Source: Rhizaria sp. SCN 62-66
Taxonomy: Eukaryota
NCBI GenBank assembly: GCA_001724265.1
Contig: MEDY01000324.1
Coordinates: forward strand, 1 to 34,272
Reading direction: 5' to 3'
Length of the DNA stretch: 34,272 nucleotides
The translations under genes were made by a program, and so were the position numbers. The notes below the pieces were generated by a model. That model was not told the DNA's origin. It was given only the letters and a program-made list of their open reading frames with translations, and did not search any database. Below are positions 1 to 9,472 of this stretch, piece by piece. Position 1 is the first letter of the stretch. The number at the start of each line of letters is the position of its first letter.

Positions 1-1
1 C

Positions 2-163
2 GGCAAGGCTGCCTCCGGCAACATCCGCTTCGCCGTCCAGGCCCTCGAGGCCGCCAAGCTCATCGGCAAGAAGGAGGGCCGCACCGGCCGCTTCATCACC
101 GCCGCCGGCCGCCGCGAGCTCGACGTCATCGCCACCACCATGGCCAAGGCTGCTCGCGCGTAA
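2..163 (+). CDS. RPS19: 40S ribosomal protein eS19 (S19), 3' end; gene starts before the window
   Basis: Frame 2 reads GKAASGNIRFAVQALEAAKLIGKKEGRTGRFITAAGRRELDVIATTMAKAARA* (TAA 161-163), matching the eS19 C-terminal pattern SGxIxRxxLQxLE...GRxITxxGxRxLDxIA. Strong C-ending codon bias. Confidence 0.9.
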   Translation, partial: GKAASGNIRFAVQALEAAKLIGKKEGRTGRFITAAGRRELDVIATTMAKAARA

Positions 164-874
164 GCACGCTAGCGAGCGCACGAACAAGCAAGCAAGCAGC
201 ACGCAGCGTCGTCGCCGCCCGCCGTGTCCGTTACTCCCCGGACGCGGTGCGCGGCGGCGCGCTCCTGGATGATGGCAACGACTGCTGCAGCGGCTGAGCC
301 GCGTGCACTGTGGCTCCGAAGCCGCCGTCGCGCTGGCGTCGTGTTGTCGCAATCGTTGTCCTCAGCTTCGCAACTGCAGACGCAACACTCACACACATTG
401 AGTGTTGCGACTGCGGTGAGTAGTCTTTGTCTCTGTTTCTGTCCTGTCACAACATGACAGGCAAGTCAGCAACACATCTTCATTCCCCACCGACCTTCCT
501 CTCGCCCGCGGCCGTCACAAAGCGACCGCGGGAGGGACCCTTGAATACAAGCCATACTTAAAATCAAGCTTTCTTTACTCCACGTCTCGCTCTCAAACTG
601 TCATTCACCTGAGGCGCGCATCGCTCTGCTCACGGTCACTGAAACGAAGATTCACTGTTGAAAAGGAGGCGCTAGTAAATCATGACGATATCTAAGTTGA
701 TGCCCAACATAAGATTATGTATCGAAGAAATTAATTGTGACTAAGTTGAATTTATCAGCGTTTCAAGTTTTATGCTCAGTTATGCCATATCGAACGACTG
801 GTCAACCCTTTATTGGGCAATTGTATTGTTTTCGTGGCAACTTGAATACCAATTCCTGTCATAGGTATTGCTGC

Positions 875-1750
875 ATGTCATCAATTGCCAACCCAGCAGT
901 ACGTACTAATGCATCAAGCTTTAGAGAATTCTTGAAGAATGCCCCGTATTTTTTTTACAAATTACACAAATGAGTAAAACTATTAAGATAAATTGCATGT
1001 ACGATGCAGCCACGTGGCCGTCACACTCTCGAATCACTGCCCACTTAAACACATATATCGATGAAACCGACATGCTGCGGAATTGAAGTTTATCTCCGAC
1101 AATTAATTATATTCGATGATTTTACACCTGCGTCTCGTTGCGATTCAATGCGATTATAGAGCACTAACACCGCAGCCCCGATCCCCACTGCTTCGTCCAG
1201 TAAGCTCGCGGCCCTGACGACCTTCACCCCCACGACCGAGGCCGAGTTCCACGCCGCCATCACAATCACCGCAAAGCCGGCCCGCGTGCGGACCGCACTG
1301 CTCTCGGCCATGGAGGTGCCGCTGAACGTGCGCGAGCGCGTGCACAAGCCGTGCTCCGCCGAGCGCGCCTGGTCGGCGACGGGCGTGCCCTTCATGCGCT
1401 GGGTCACGGGGACGCGCTACTGCGGGCCCGGCACCGACATCGCCGCTATGGACCGGCTTGGTGGGCCGCGCAACCGGCTTGACTGTCTCTGCCGCGCACA
1501 CGATGTCGAGTACGACGCGATCTCGACACGCGTGCGCAAAGGAGAGCTCACTGCTGGCGCGGCGCAGCGGCTGACGCTGGCGAGCGACAAGCGGCTCGTG
1601 ACGCGCATCAGGGACCTAATGCGCATGGGCGATCCGCAGGTCTCGGCGGAGCTGCTGGCCGTGGTGATCTGGTGCATGCGCGTCAAGGTGCTGTACGAGG
1701 AGCTGCGCAAGTGCGGCAATGACTGCGCAAGCTGCTGCACTATCATGTAA
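875..1750 (+). CDS. Phospholipase A2-like protein (PLA2X/parvoviral VP1u-type motif) with C-terminal CaaX box; exons 875-898 and 1160-1750, ~204 aa
   Basis: Ca-loop YCGPGT and catalytic NRLDCLCRAHDVEY, with a downstream SDKRL helix. The frame is open from 1160. ATG875-MSSIANPA is followed by a phase-0 GTACGT donor (899), with a TAG acceptor at 1157-1159. Ends CASCCTIM*. The 5' exon is less certain than the domain. Confidence 0.75.
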
Positions 1751-1818
1751 GCATCAGGAGCAGCGGTGTCTGTGTGCAACTTGTTTGTAACAACATTATA
1801 GTCAAAAGCTAAAAAACA

Positions 1819-1867
1819 AACTCATAATGAAAAGTAATGAGAACTCATAATGAAAAGTAATGAGAAC
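1819..1867. repeat. Perfect tandem duplication of a 23-bp unit (AACTCATAATGAAAAGTAATGAG x2 + AAC)
   Basis: Read directly at 1819-1841 and 1842-1864. Confidence 0.9.
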
Positions 1868-2688
1868 GAAATGTGAACTAAAAACCCTGTGATAACGTGA
1901 AAAACGCCAACTACTGCAATCCACTTCAAGTTGTTGGAGTGTGTCGGTGTACATTTTTCCAATTTGTGAACTGAAGTGCAACTTAAAACAACGCACTTCC
2001 CTGTGACTCCTGTGTTTTTAACCACAGTTTTGTCTGTTGTATTGCGATTTGATTTGCTGACTGTTGCAGAAGACAATCATATCCTTTGTGAGTGTGTATG
2101 CGTCAACATCAAATCTCCACTTTTGAAACCTTGTTTGCAACGTGTAAAGTTTTGTCGTTACGCTGTATGACAGTAGCTATAGCTAATGTTATACGTAACA
2201 ACCAATTTGATCAAGTCTGATATTCCGAACTAACTGTGCACTTGCGAAGAGTGACTTTCAACACGATCATATCGAAGGCAATACAACATCAACATTGATC
2301 CATGGTTCAGTTCACATGAAGGCGAGCAGAGATATGTCATGTCGAATCATGCGAGTGTTAAGGATTATTATGTATTCGTACTTTAGCAGGCTTAATTACC
2401 TCACCATGACGCTTTGCAGTCAGGCACTGAGTGCAGCGCAGCAAAGCGTAGCGTTGCAATTGCGGAGCCGGCCCGGGCCCGCTGTAGGCACAAGTACATG
2501 CGTATTGCAGTCGCAGCGCCAGCTGTCACAGCGACAGCCAGTGCGGCAGCCACCGTGGCAGCGCCTGTGTGTGTGACTGCAACTGCAACAGTGACAATCA
2601 AGTCACGGAGCAAGCCGCAGCAAATATGAGATTGTTTAGGAAGGGGGTTGCACATGGGTGCGCGGGGAGGTACAGTGTGTCGCGGCGC

Positions 2689-3073
2689 TCAGTTGTGAGT
2701 CTGGCCGCCGATCTGGACGGCGGGGACCGAGGTGGGGGGCTGGAGCGGGTTGTAGTTAAGCAGCTTGTCGATGAGGTCGACGTGCGCCAGCAGCATGCGG
2801 CGGCAGCAGTAGCGGTTAAGGCCCAGCGCGGTCATCGCGGAGCTGTGCGGTGCAGAGAAATAAAGAAAGACACAAGAGATAGTGGGGCAAATGTGAGCAC
2901 AACAGAGAGGGCATGGCGTTGCACTACGGGCGAGAGAACAGAGAGTAGAAATGAATGTCGGGATGAGGGATAACATACCCCTCAGTGTGGTTGGAAGCAA
3001 TGAGCTCAAGGTAGCGCTCGTACTTGTTGCCGGTGACCTTGCCGCAGGTGAAGCAGCGAACGGGGATGATCAT
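2689..3073 (-). CDS. RPB10: RNA polymerase I/II/III shared subunit RPB10 (RPABC5); exons 3073-2979 and 2842-2689, 82 aa
   Basis: [25 protein letters not shown]...[34 protein letters not shown] contains the CxxC and YCCRRM zinc signature. A GTATGT...CAG phase-2 intron restores the frame. Confidence 0.97.
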
Positions 3074-3493
3074 CTGGAGAAGCGGAAGAGGGAAGGTAAT
3101 AGAGGTGAGGCCGAGGTCGAAAGCAGCGGGACGGTGACAGGAAAATAGAAGTGGTTGCAGGGCGATTTTTGGAACACTAAAAGATCGACAAGTACAGATA
3201 GAGCGGTATTAATATGAATATTGAATCCAAGAAATACTGACGAGTCTCCAGCGCACTAGGCACCTTCAAAGATGGCCCCATCGCGCTCCGAAGCCGACTC
3301 ACAGTCGCAACTCCGACTGGTGGTGCAACCAAAAGGACTGTGCGCACCCTTAGACGAGTGGGTGGTTCGACTGAGACAATCTCTCGAGCTTCTGTGCAGC
3401 TGCTATGACCGTCGTATGCGCATATGGCTTATTTCCGTGATTGTTCTCACCGCGTTCTTTCTTGACAATTCTTCCCATCCTTAGTTAAAGCAG

Positions 3494-4040
3494 ATGTCCA
3501 TCGGCTCGAACTTCGTGAACAACTTCGTACGTCCCAGCTCCACACTCAACGCCCACCTTCTATTGTCTGCCCACGGCCTCTATCAGCATCCTGGGATCTC
3601 AAATCACGGTCGTATAATTCCTCACATTATATATAATGCATCTCTCTTTGTCGCCTTTGCTCCGTCCCCTGCAGCTCGCTTCTAAGCCCGCCCCCGTTGA
3701 CGTTGTCCCCAAGCCTGTCAGCTACTCGAGCTTCGCTGCCACCCGCGAGTGCCTCGTCCGCGTCACCGCCCGCAACATCGGCTTTGGCAACTACCTCCCC
3801 GCTGTCGCCATCCTCGGCGGCTTCGTACGTATCTCCCCCTTGTTCCCGCCCACTCGCGTCGCCTCTCTCCCGCGTCCGCTCTGCTGCTCGCTTCCCAACC
3901 AACGTGTCTTTCATTACGCGCACCTCACGACTTTTCTTGTGTCTCGCCCCTGCTTCCCCTTGCCGTAGTTCCTTTACCCCGCTCTGACTGAGCCCTTCAA
4001 GTACCGCGTCGGCCTCCCCTCCACCTACAAGCCCGAGTAA
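3494..4040 (+). CDS. Uncharacterised 84-aa protein with one probable transmembrane segment; exons 3494-3526, 3675-3824, 3969-4040
   Basis: Two phase-0 GTACGT...AG introns give MSIGSNFVNNF|LASKPAPVDVVPKPVSYSSFAATRECLVRVTARNIGFGNYLPAVAILGGF|FLYPALTEPFKYRVGLPSTYKPE*. Codon bias resembles the ribosomal protein gene. Confidence 0.8.
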
Positions 4041-5377
4041 GCGCGCCGCGCCGCAGCTACAAACACGCGAGCTCACAAAGCATGATTTTTGCTCTCCGTG
4101 TTTGACTCCACCAATCAACCAACTATCGCTCTCCCGCTCTCTCTATCGCCCACAGCTGCCTTCTGCATGACCGCGCTCGCGTGGCTGCGGTGGCGCTCGT
4201 GCGCAGAGGCGGTGGCGACAGCGCACGCGACTTTAGTAACCGCTCAAAGCCGCTGCTGTTGCAGTCCCCTCTGTGTTGCTGCCTCCTCAGCCTTGCGTTT
4301 CCTGCTTCCCTGCTCTCCCGGACTTCGACTCTTTCTGTTTCCCCGCCGCTGCCGAGCAACTGTGCGCGCGCCACGCCCGTTTGGCGTCGGCGTCGCCTGT
4401 ACAGCCCACGGCACCGCGACTCACTGCACCTCACTCAACAGCACTCGCGCACGCTGTGCTGATGCTGATGTTGCTGCTGCAGCGTGTCACGGCGTTCGGC
4501 GTTGTCGCCTGGATAGGAGAAGTATGGATGGAAACGCACCCAGCTGCGTCGGGACCCCGTTTCGCCGCGCTATTTAACCTGGAAAGCGCCCGCTCTGTCG
4601 CCTACATGTGCTCAGTAGCGGTCGCTGACTGAACCCTTATGAATCGTGGGATATAACCACGTCTAATACATAATAAATACTGCAAATATCGTGGAAGATA
4701 ACTATTTATATTTCATATGTCAATCATACACTCTATAAGCTGTGTCTAGCTCGTCAAGCTCAATTGCTCAAGCCAATCTAGTCTGCCGGTGGGATGGGCT
4801 GAGCATATCAAACCTTGATTCAGTTTCCCAGTTCGTCACGTCAAACGATCGTCGGCAACGCGCTGGTGTTTGCTGCACGCGAAAATCCGCGTATTTGTTA
4901 ATATTTCTTTTTGTAAGCCCTGTAGCTGCAGTTTCTTGGGCTCTCAATACGGGTTCTTCTTTTGCCCCAATGACAATTGCGACTGCTTCGTCCTTAGTTC
5001 TTCTATCCTCCTTTCACAGCTCCATTAAGTGAATGCTCGTCGCAGTATGGGATTGTTTGATGTATTAATGCTTATATGCACCCCTTTGTCTGCTCAGTTT
5101 AGCTGCCATGTTGCCTCATCTTGTGTAGTAACCTTGATAAGATTCACCCAACGCATCCTCCCTCTCTTGAACACTCGTTCGTCTCGCCCTATCATTACCT
5201 CAACTTACGGTGCCCGCTCTTGTTCATGTATTCATCGTTTTGTTTCTTGTAGACACACTTTTCTAGCACCTGCAGTGCCTATCTAGCTGCAACGCAGTCC
5301 CGCAAACAACGCACACCACATACGCAGTACCTGCTCTGCTTTGCTCTGCTCTCTGAAGAGTCTCCCCGCGTCGCACC

Positions 5378-7915
5378 ATGGGCCAGGAGATTAGCATGCA
5401 GGCGAACACGCCCTTCACCATCGCGGGCCGTCAGGTCCAGATGGTGCGCAAGATTGCCGAGGGCGGCTACTCGTTCGTCTACTTGGTCGAGGACGTCGAC
5501 CGCCGCGGGACCTACTACGCGCTTAAGCGCTGCGTCACGGGCGACGCCGCGCAGGAGGACCTCGTTCGCAAGGAAATCGACGTCATGACCGCGCTCTGCA
5601 CGCCCAATAACCCGTACTTGGTGCCGTTTTACGGCTTCCTGAAGCGTCCGCCGACGGAGCGCGGCGGCGCGAGCGAATACTGCCTGCTGATGGAGTATTG
5701 CTCCAAGGGCAGCGTGATCCACGAGATGCAGGCCGTGATGGACCAGCGCAAGCGGCTGCATGAGACCAAGACGTTTGTCATCTGGGACGCGGCGCTGCGC
5801 GGCGTGCGCAGCTTGCACGAGGCCAGCCCGCCCGTAGCGCACCGCGACATCAAGGTCGAGAACATCCTCCTCGCCGACGACGGCAAGTACAAGCTCTGCG
5901 ACTTCGGTTCCTGCGTGCACGAAGTGGTGACCGTGGGCAACTCGTCGGCGCTGCACCTGGAGCAGGAGCGCATCCAGCGCCACTCGACGGAGATGTACCG
6001 GGCGCCCGAAATGTGCGACCTCTACCGCGCGCGCTCCAACAACTGGCCCATCGGCGAAAAGGTCGACATCTGGGCCCTGGGCTGCGTGCTGTTTATGCTG
6101 ACGCACTTCCGCCACCCTTTCGAGGACGGCGGCGTGCTGGGTATCCTCTCGGGCAAGCTCGAGATCCCTGTCCGCAGCGGCTACTCTAAGTACGCCAACT
6201 ACCTCATCTCGCGCTGCTTCACCATGGACCCGCGCCAGCGGCCGTCGGCGGCGGAGCTTAGTGAGATCACGCAGTCCTGGCGCGTGTTCCTCGCCACCAA
6301 GGGGCAGCGCCACGGCAGCGACGTTATCGCCGCCGACGTCGAGGCGCTTGTGCCCGGCGTCATTTGCGCCGCCGCGAGCTCCAGCAGCAACTCGAACGCG
6401 TCGTTCAGTGCTAACAACAACAGCAACGCCAACGCCGCCGCCCCCAAGCCCGCCGCGCGCCCGGTGCCCAGGCCCGTCGCTCAGCCGCAGCAGCAGCAGC
6501 AGCAGCAGGCTGCCGGGGGCGCGGACGCCGCGTTCGACGTCGAGTGGAGCGACGACGACAACGACACGGCAGCCGCCGCCGCCGCCAAGCCTGCGCAGAA
6601 GACGCTCGCCCCGCCACGCTCCGCCGCCTCCGCGGCCGCCGCTCCCTCGACGCCCTCGCAGAGCTTCAACGCCGGCGCGGCGGGAGCCAACGCGAGTTTC
6701 GGCGCCGGGGCTAGCTTCGGCTCCCCGACCGCGAGCATGAACCTGCCCGGCGCCAACTCGGGCCGCTCGCGGCTGCGCGCGCAACACCAGCAGCAGGTCC
6801 TGGGCACGCCCTCCGCCTCCTTCTCGCAAAACAATAACAACAATCACAGTGGCGCGGCCCACGGCGCGTTCGGCGGCGCGAGCGCGGCCGTTGAACCGCC
6901 CGCGCTGTTGCCGCAACCCTCGGCCGGCGGCGGGTCGAGCGTGTTCGACATCCTGCACGTCGACGAGTTCACGCGCAACACCACGACGATGCACCACAGC
7001 AACAACAGTGGCAGTGGTAACGGCGGCAACGGTGCTGCCAACGGCGACGACGGCTGGGGCGCGTTCTACGCCGCCGGCTTCGGCGACTTTGCCTCTGCCA
7101 ACGCAAACGCAAACAACAACAACAATGGCATCGGCAGTAGCAGCGCTACTGGCGCTGGCGCTGGCACTGGTGCTGGTGGCGCGGGCCCGCCGTCTGGCCG
7201 CAGCTCGCCGGTGCCACAGCCGCCGAGCCGGACGGGCAGCGTGCAGTCGCAGCAGGCGCAGACCAACTCGCAACAGTTGCGGCAGCCCGCGCAGCCGCAG
7301 TCGCAGGCGCCCTCACAGCTCGTGCGCGCGTCCCCGGCCCCGTCGGGGTCCCCGGCGCCGTCGGTGGCGCTGGCCAACAACGCGCTCGCCAGCATCGGCG
7401 GCTCGCCTTTCACGGCCCCGCGCACGCTGCGTCGCCAGGAGTCGCACAACAGCGCCGCCTCGGTGCCCCACGCCGCGTCCAACGTCAACTCCAACGTGAG
7501 CGAGGCGGGCGACCTGGCCTCGCCGCTGCCGGGGGACGCCGGGGCCGCGGGCATTACCGTGAGCGTGAGCAGTGGGGGCGCGGTTTCGACCGCGCAGAGC
7601 CGCATGGCCGCACGCAACAGGATCTCTGCGTCCGCGGACCCCGGCGTGCTGAGCCGCGCGATGCAGGCGCACCACAACCAGCAGCATCAGCAGCAGCTGC
7701 AGGTGCCGAGCGCCGCGACAGGCCGGGCCGCGCTGGCGCACAGCCACAGCGCAAACTTCGGCTCGCACAGTGGCCATGGCCACGGCAACGGCGCGGCGGC
7801 GCTGGTGACGCACTCGGAGCCGTCGACGCCGAACCTGATCGATATCCTCAGCGCGCCGAGCCAGGCGCCGCCGCCGCAGCAGCAGGGCGTGCTCGACCTC
7901 AGTATGTTTAACTGA
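5378..7915 (+). CDS. NAK-family (AAK1/BIKE/GAK/Ark1-Prk1-like) Ser/Thr protein kinase, 845 aa, single exon
   Basis: IAEGGYSFVYLV, YALKR, LLMEYC, PPVAHRDIKVENILL, YKLCDFGS, TEMYRAPEMCDLY, IGEKVDIWALGC are NAK-type kinase motifs, followed by a long low-complexity tail. Confidence 0.93.
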   Translation: MGQEISMQANTPFTIAGRQVQMVRKIAEGGYSFVYLVEDVDRRGTYYALKRCVTGDAAQEDLVRKEIDVMTALCTPNNPYLVPFYGFLKRPPTERGGASEYCLLMEYCSKGSVIHEMQAVMDQRKRLHETKTFVIWDAALRGVRSLHEASPPVAHRDIKVENILLADDGKYKLCDFGSCVHEVVTVGNSSALHLEQERIQRHSTEMYRAPEMCDLYRARSNNWPIGEKVDIWALGCVLFMLTHFRHPFEDGGVLGILSGKLEIPVRSGYSKYANYLISRCFTMDPRQRPSAAELSEITQSWRVFLATKGQRHGSDVIAADVEALVPGVICAAASSSSNSNASFSANNNSNANAAAPKPAARPVPRPVAQPQQQQQQQAAGGADAAFDVEWSDDDNDTAAAAAAKPAQKTLAPPRSAASAAAAPSTPSQSFNAGAAGANASFGAGASFGSPTASMNLPGANSGRSRLRAQHQQQVLGTPSASFSQNNNNNHSGAAHGAFGGASAAVEPPALLPQPSAGGGSSVFDILHVDEFTRNTTTMHHSNNSGSGNGGNGAANGDDGWGAFYAAGFGDFASANANANNNNNGIGSSSATGAGAGTGAGGAGPPSGRSSPVPQPPSRTGSVQSQQAQTNSQQLRQPAQPQSQAPSQLVRASPAPSGSPAPSVALANNALASIGGSPFTAPRTLRRQESHNSAASVPHAASNVNSNVSEAGDLASPLPGDAGAAGITVSVSSGGAVSTAQSRMAARNRISASADPGVLSRAMQAHHNQQHQQQLQVPSAATGRAALAHSHSANFGSHSGHGHGNGAAALVTHSEPSTPNLIDILSAPSQAPPPQQQGVLDLSMFN

Positions 7916-8765
7916 TGACACTGCCAAACTGCGATCGAGTGAATCGCACGTGAAGCTTGAATAATAAGAAAACGTTTTGTTTGATTATTTGATAACACGT
8001 GTTCTTTATTTGTTTTATTAACAATATCATTAGCTTGTAGATCTTGCGACTGTTCTGATTCTGCTTATCCCTGCACCAAGTGTTACACACCAATTCAGCA
8101 TTTACTCGCTTGAGAACCCGTCGCAGATTGGTCTCACCCACTGACACCGACACAGGTTTGCTCTCAATTATCATACACACTGCACTATTTCTCTTCGTCT
8201 TCGTTTCCTAACTCGGCCGAACTCACTGTCATGGGTGACCGTGAGTGGGTGCATATTCTAAAGCTGTTTATCTCAATCTCAACATCTTGACTCGATGTAG
8301 AATTAATCAAAGATATATAAATTGACATGGATTATATAGACATCAATGTACATTTCCTATAGTGCTTCATCACATCTGAGGTTTGGGAGGCGAGGCCCAT
8401 GCCTGTTTACAACGCAATCGAACGCGCCCGGAAGCGTCGTTACACGCGTGAGCTCTAGCCAGCAAATGCCATGTATGCCACTATCTTTCCCCACAGCCCG
8501 GCCTTTGCCGATGCGGCCGCTCGATTAGAGGCGCAATCCATCAGCTTCGGCGCGGCCTACCGCGTCATAATTGCAGTTTGGCTACAGTTGGAGTCACGTT
8601 CTGACAACTGTCGATATCGCTTGTGAGGCCGGAAAGAAGCACAACTGCATCCATAGCAGCCGCTCAGACTGACTGTGTTGCGTCACTTGCAAGGAGATGT
8701 ACTCGGGTGCTCGTGTATACGTAGCTCGGATCGTGCACCTTGCATGCTGGGTTTTGTAGGAGTAA

Positions 8766-8812
8766 TATGTGTCGAAAGATGTGTGAAAAACACTCATGTG
8801 TGAAAACACTCA
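8766..8812. repeat. Imperfect short tandem repeat ATGTGTGAAAA(A)CACTC x2 plus a degenerate upstream copy
   Basis: ATGTGTCGAAAG ATGTGTGAAAAACACTC ATGTGTGAAAACACTC read directly. Confidence 0.7.
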
Positions 8813-9472
8813 GGGCGAAATGTACACAAGTGTTTAAGTCTAAGATGTCTTCATCGCAAAAATAAATAAGCTAAATGTCGCCTACGCGAGTAAGCATGTT
8901 CGTTCGAGTACATTAGTACCTGGGACTCATGCGCATTGCAACGTCATGTCAACAGAAGGTTTAAATGAAGAATAAAACATGTTTTTAAGTTCCAGCGTAT
9001 GACCCGGTCCCGGTCATTCGATCTTGTGTTACCGACAGCTACCCGCTAGAAACCGGTGAATCTAAAGTGGTGTATCATGTCATGTAGCATGGTGAAGCAA
9101 GATGCTGTTGTTTCAACGTAGCGAGTGTGTTTTGAATCAAACACTTTGAAAATATTGTGAGTGTATAACGACCCTAGTCTTACTCAAAACTAAATAATCA
9201 CATAATGTACTTGTAGTACAGTACAACTACACAAATGAACAAACACACAACATTCATGTCAACAAACAGATTCGTACTCGCTTTCGTCGAGGTCCAAATC
9301 TCTGTTGCAGCAGACACTGCGGCCTGCCAGTACGGCCAAGGCCTTCACTTAAACCGTCACTTGAAAGCGGTTTATGCTAATTCTGTAACACTTGACTCGT
9401 GCAGATCCGGAAGTACTGTCCGTTTGTTACCTATTTGTTCGTTGTTGCTTGTTCACCGAGATACTCTTACTG

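Noticed and set aside
1061-1159. Alternative first exon MKPTCCGIE for the PLA2-like gene
   Set aside because: It needs a GTTTAT donor unlike any other here; the ATG875/GTACGT model fits the consensus and phase.
1819-1867. 23-bp direct repeats (and those at 8766-8812) as a CRISPR-like array or element end
   Set aside because: Only two adjacent copies with no spacers in a eukaryotic context; simple slippage duplication suffices.
4037-4632. GTAAGC at the microprotein stop as a donor extending the CDS into the GC-rich downstream region
   Set aside because: Stop followed by GC is the recurrent termination context here (RPS19, PLA2-like, RPB10, WD40). The downstream ORFs lack codon bias and look like 3' UTR.
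5279-7273. 664-aa antisense ORF over the kinase, and the many other long overlapping ORFs in GC-rich exons
   Set aside because: Shadow ORFs expected from high GC3 codon usage; no recognisable motifs, while the opposite frame has a clear family signature.
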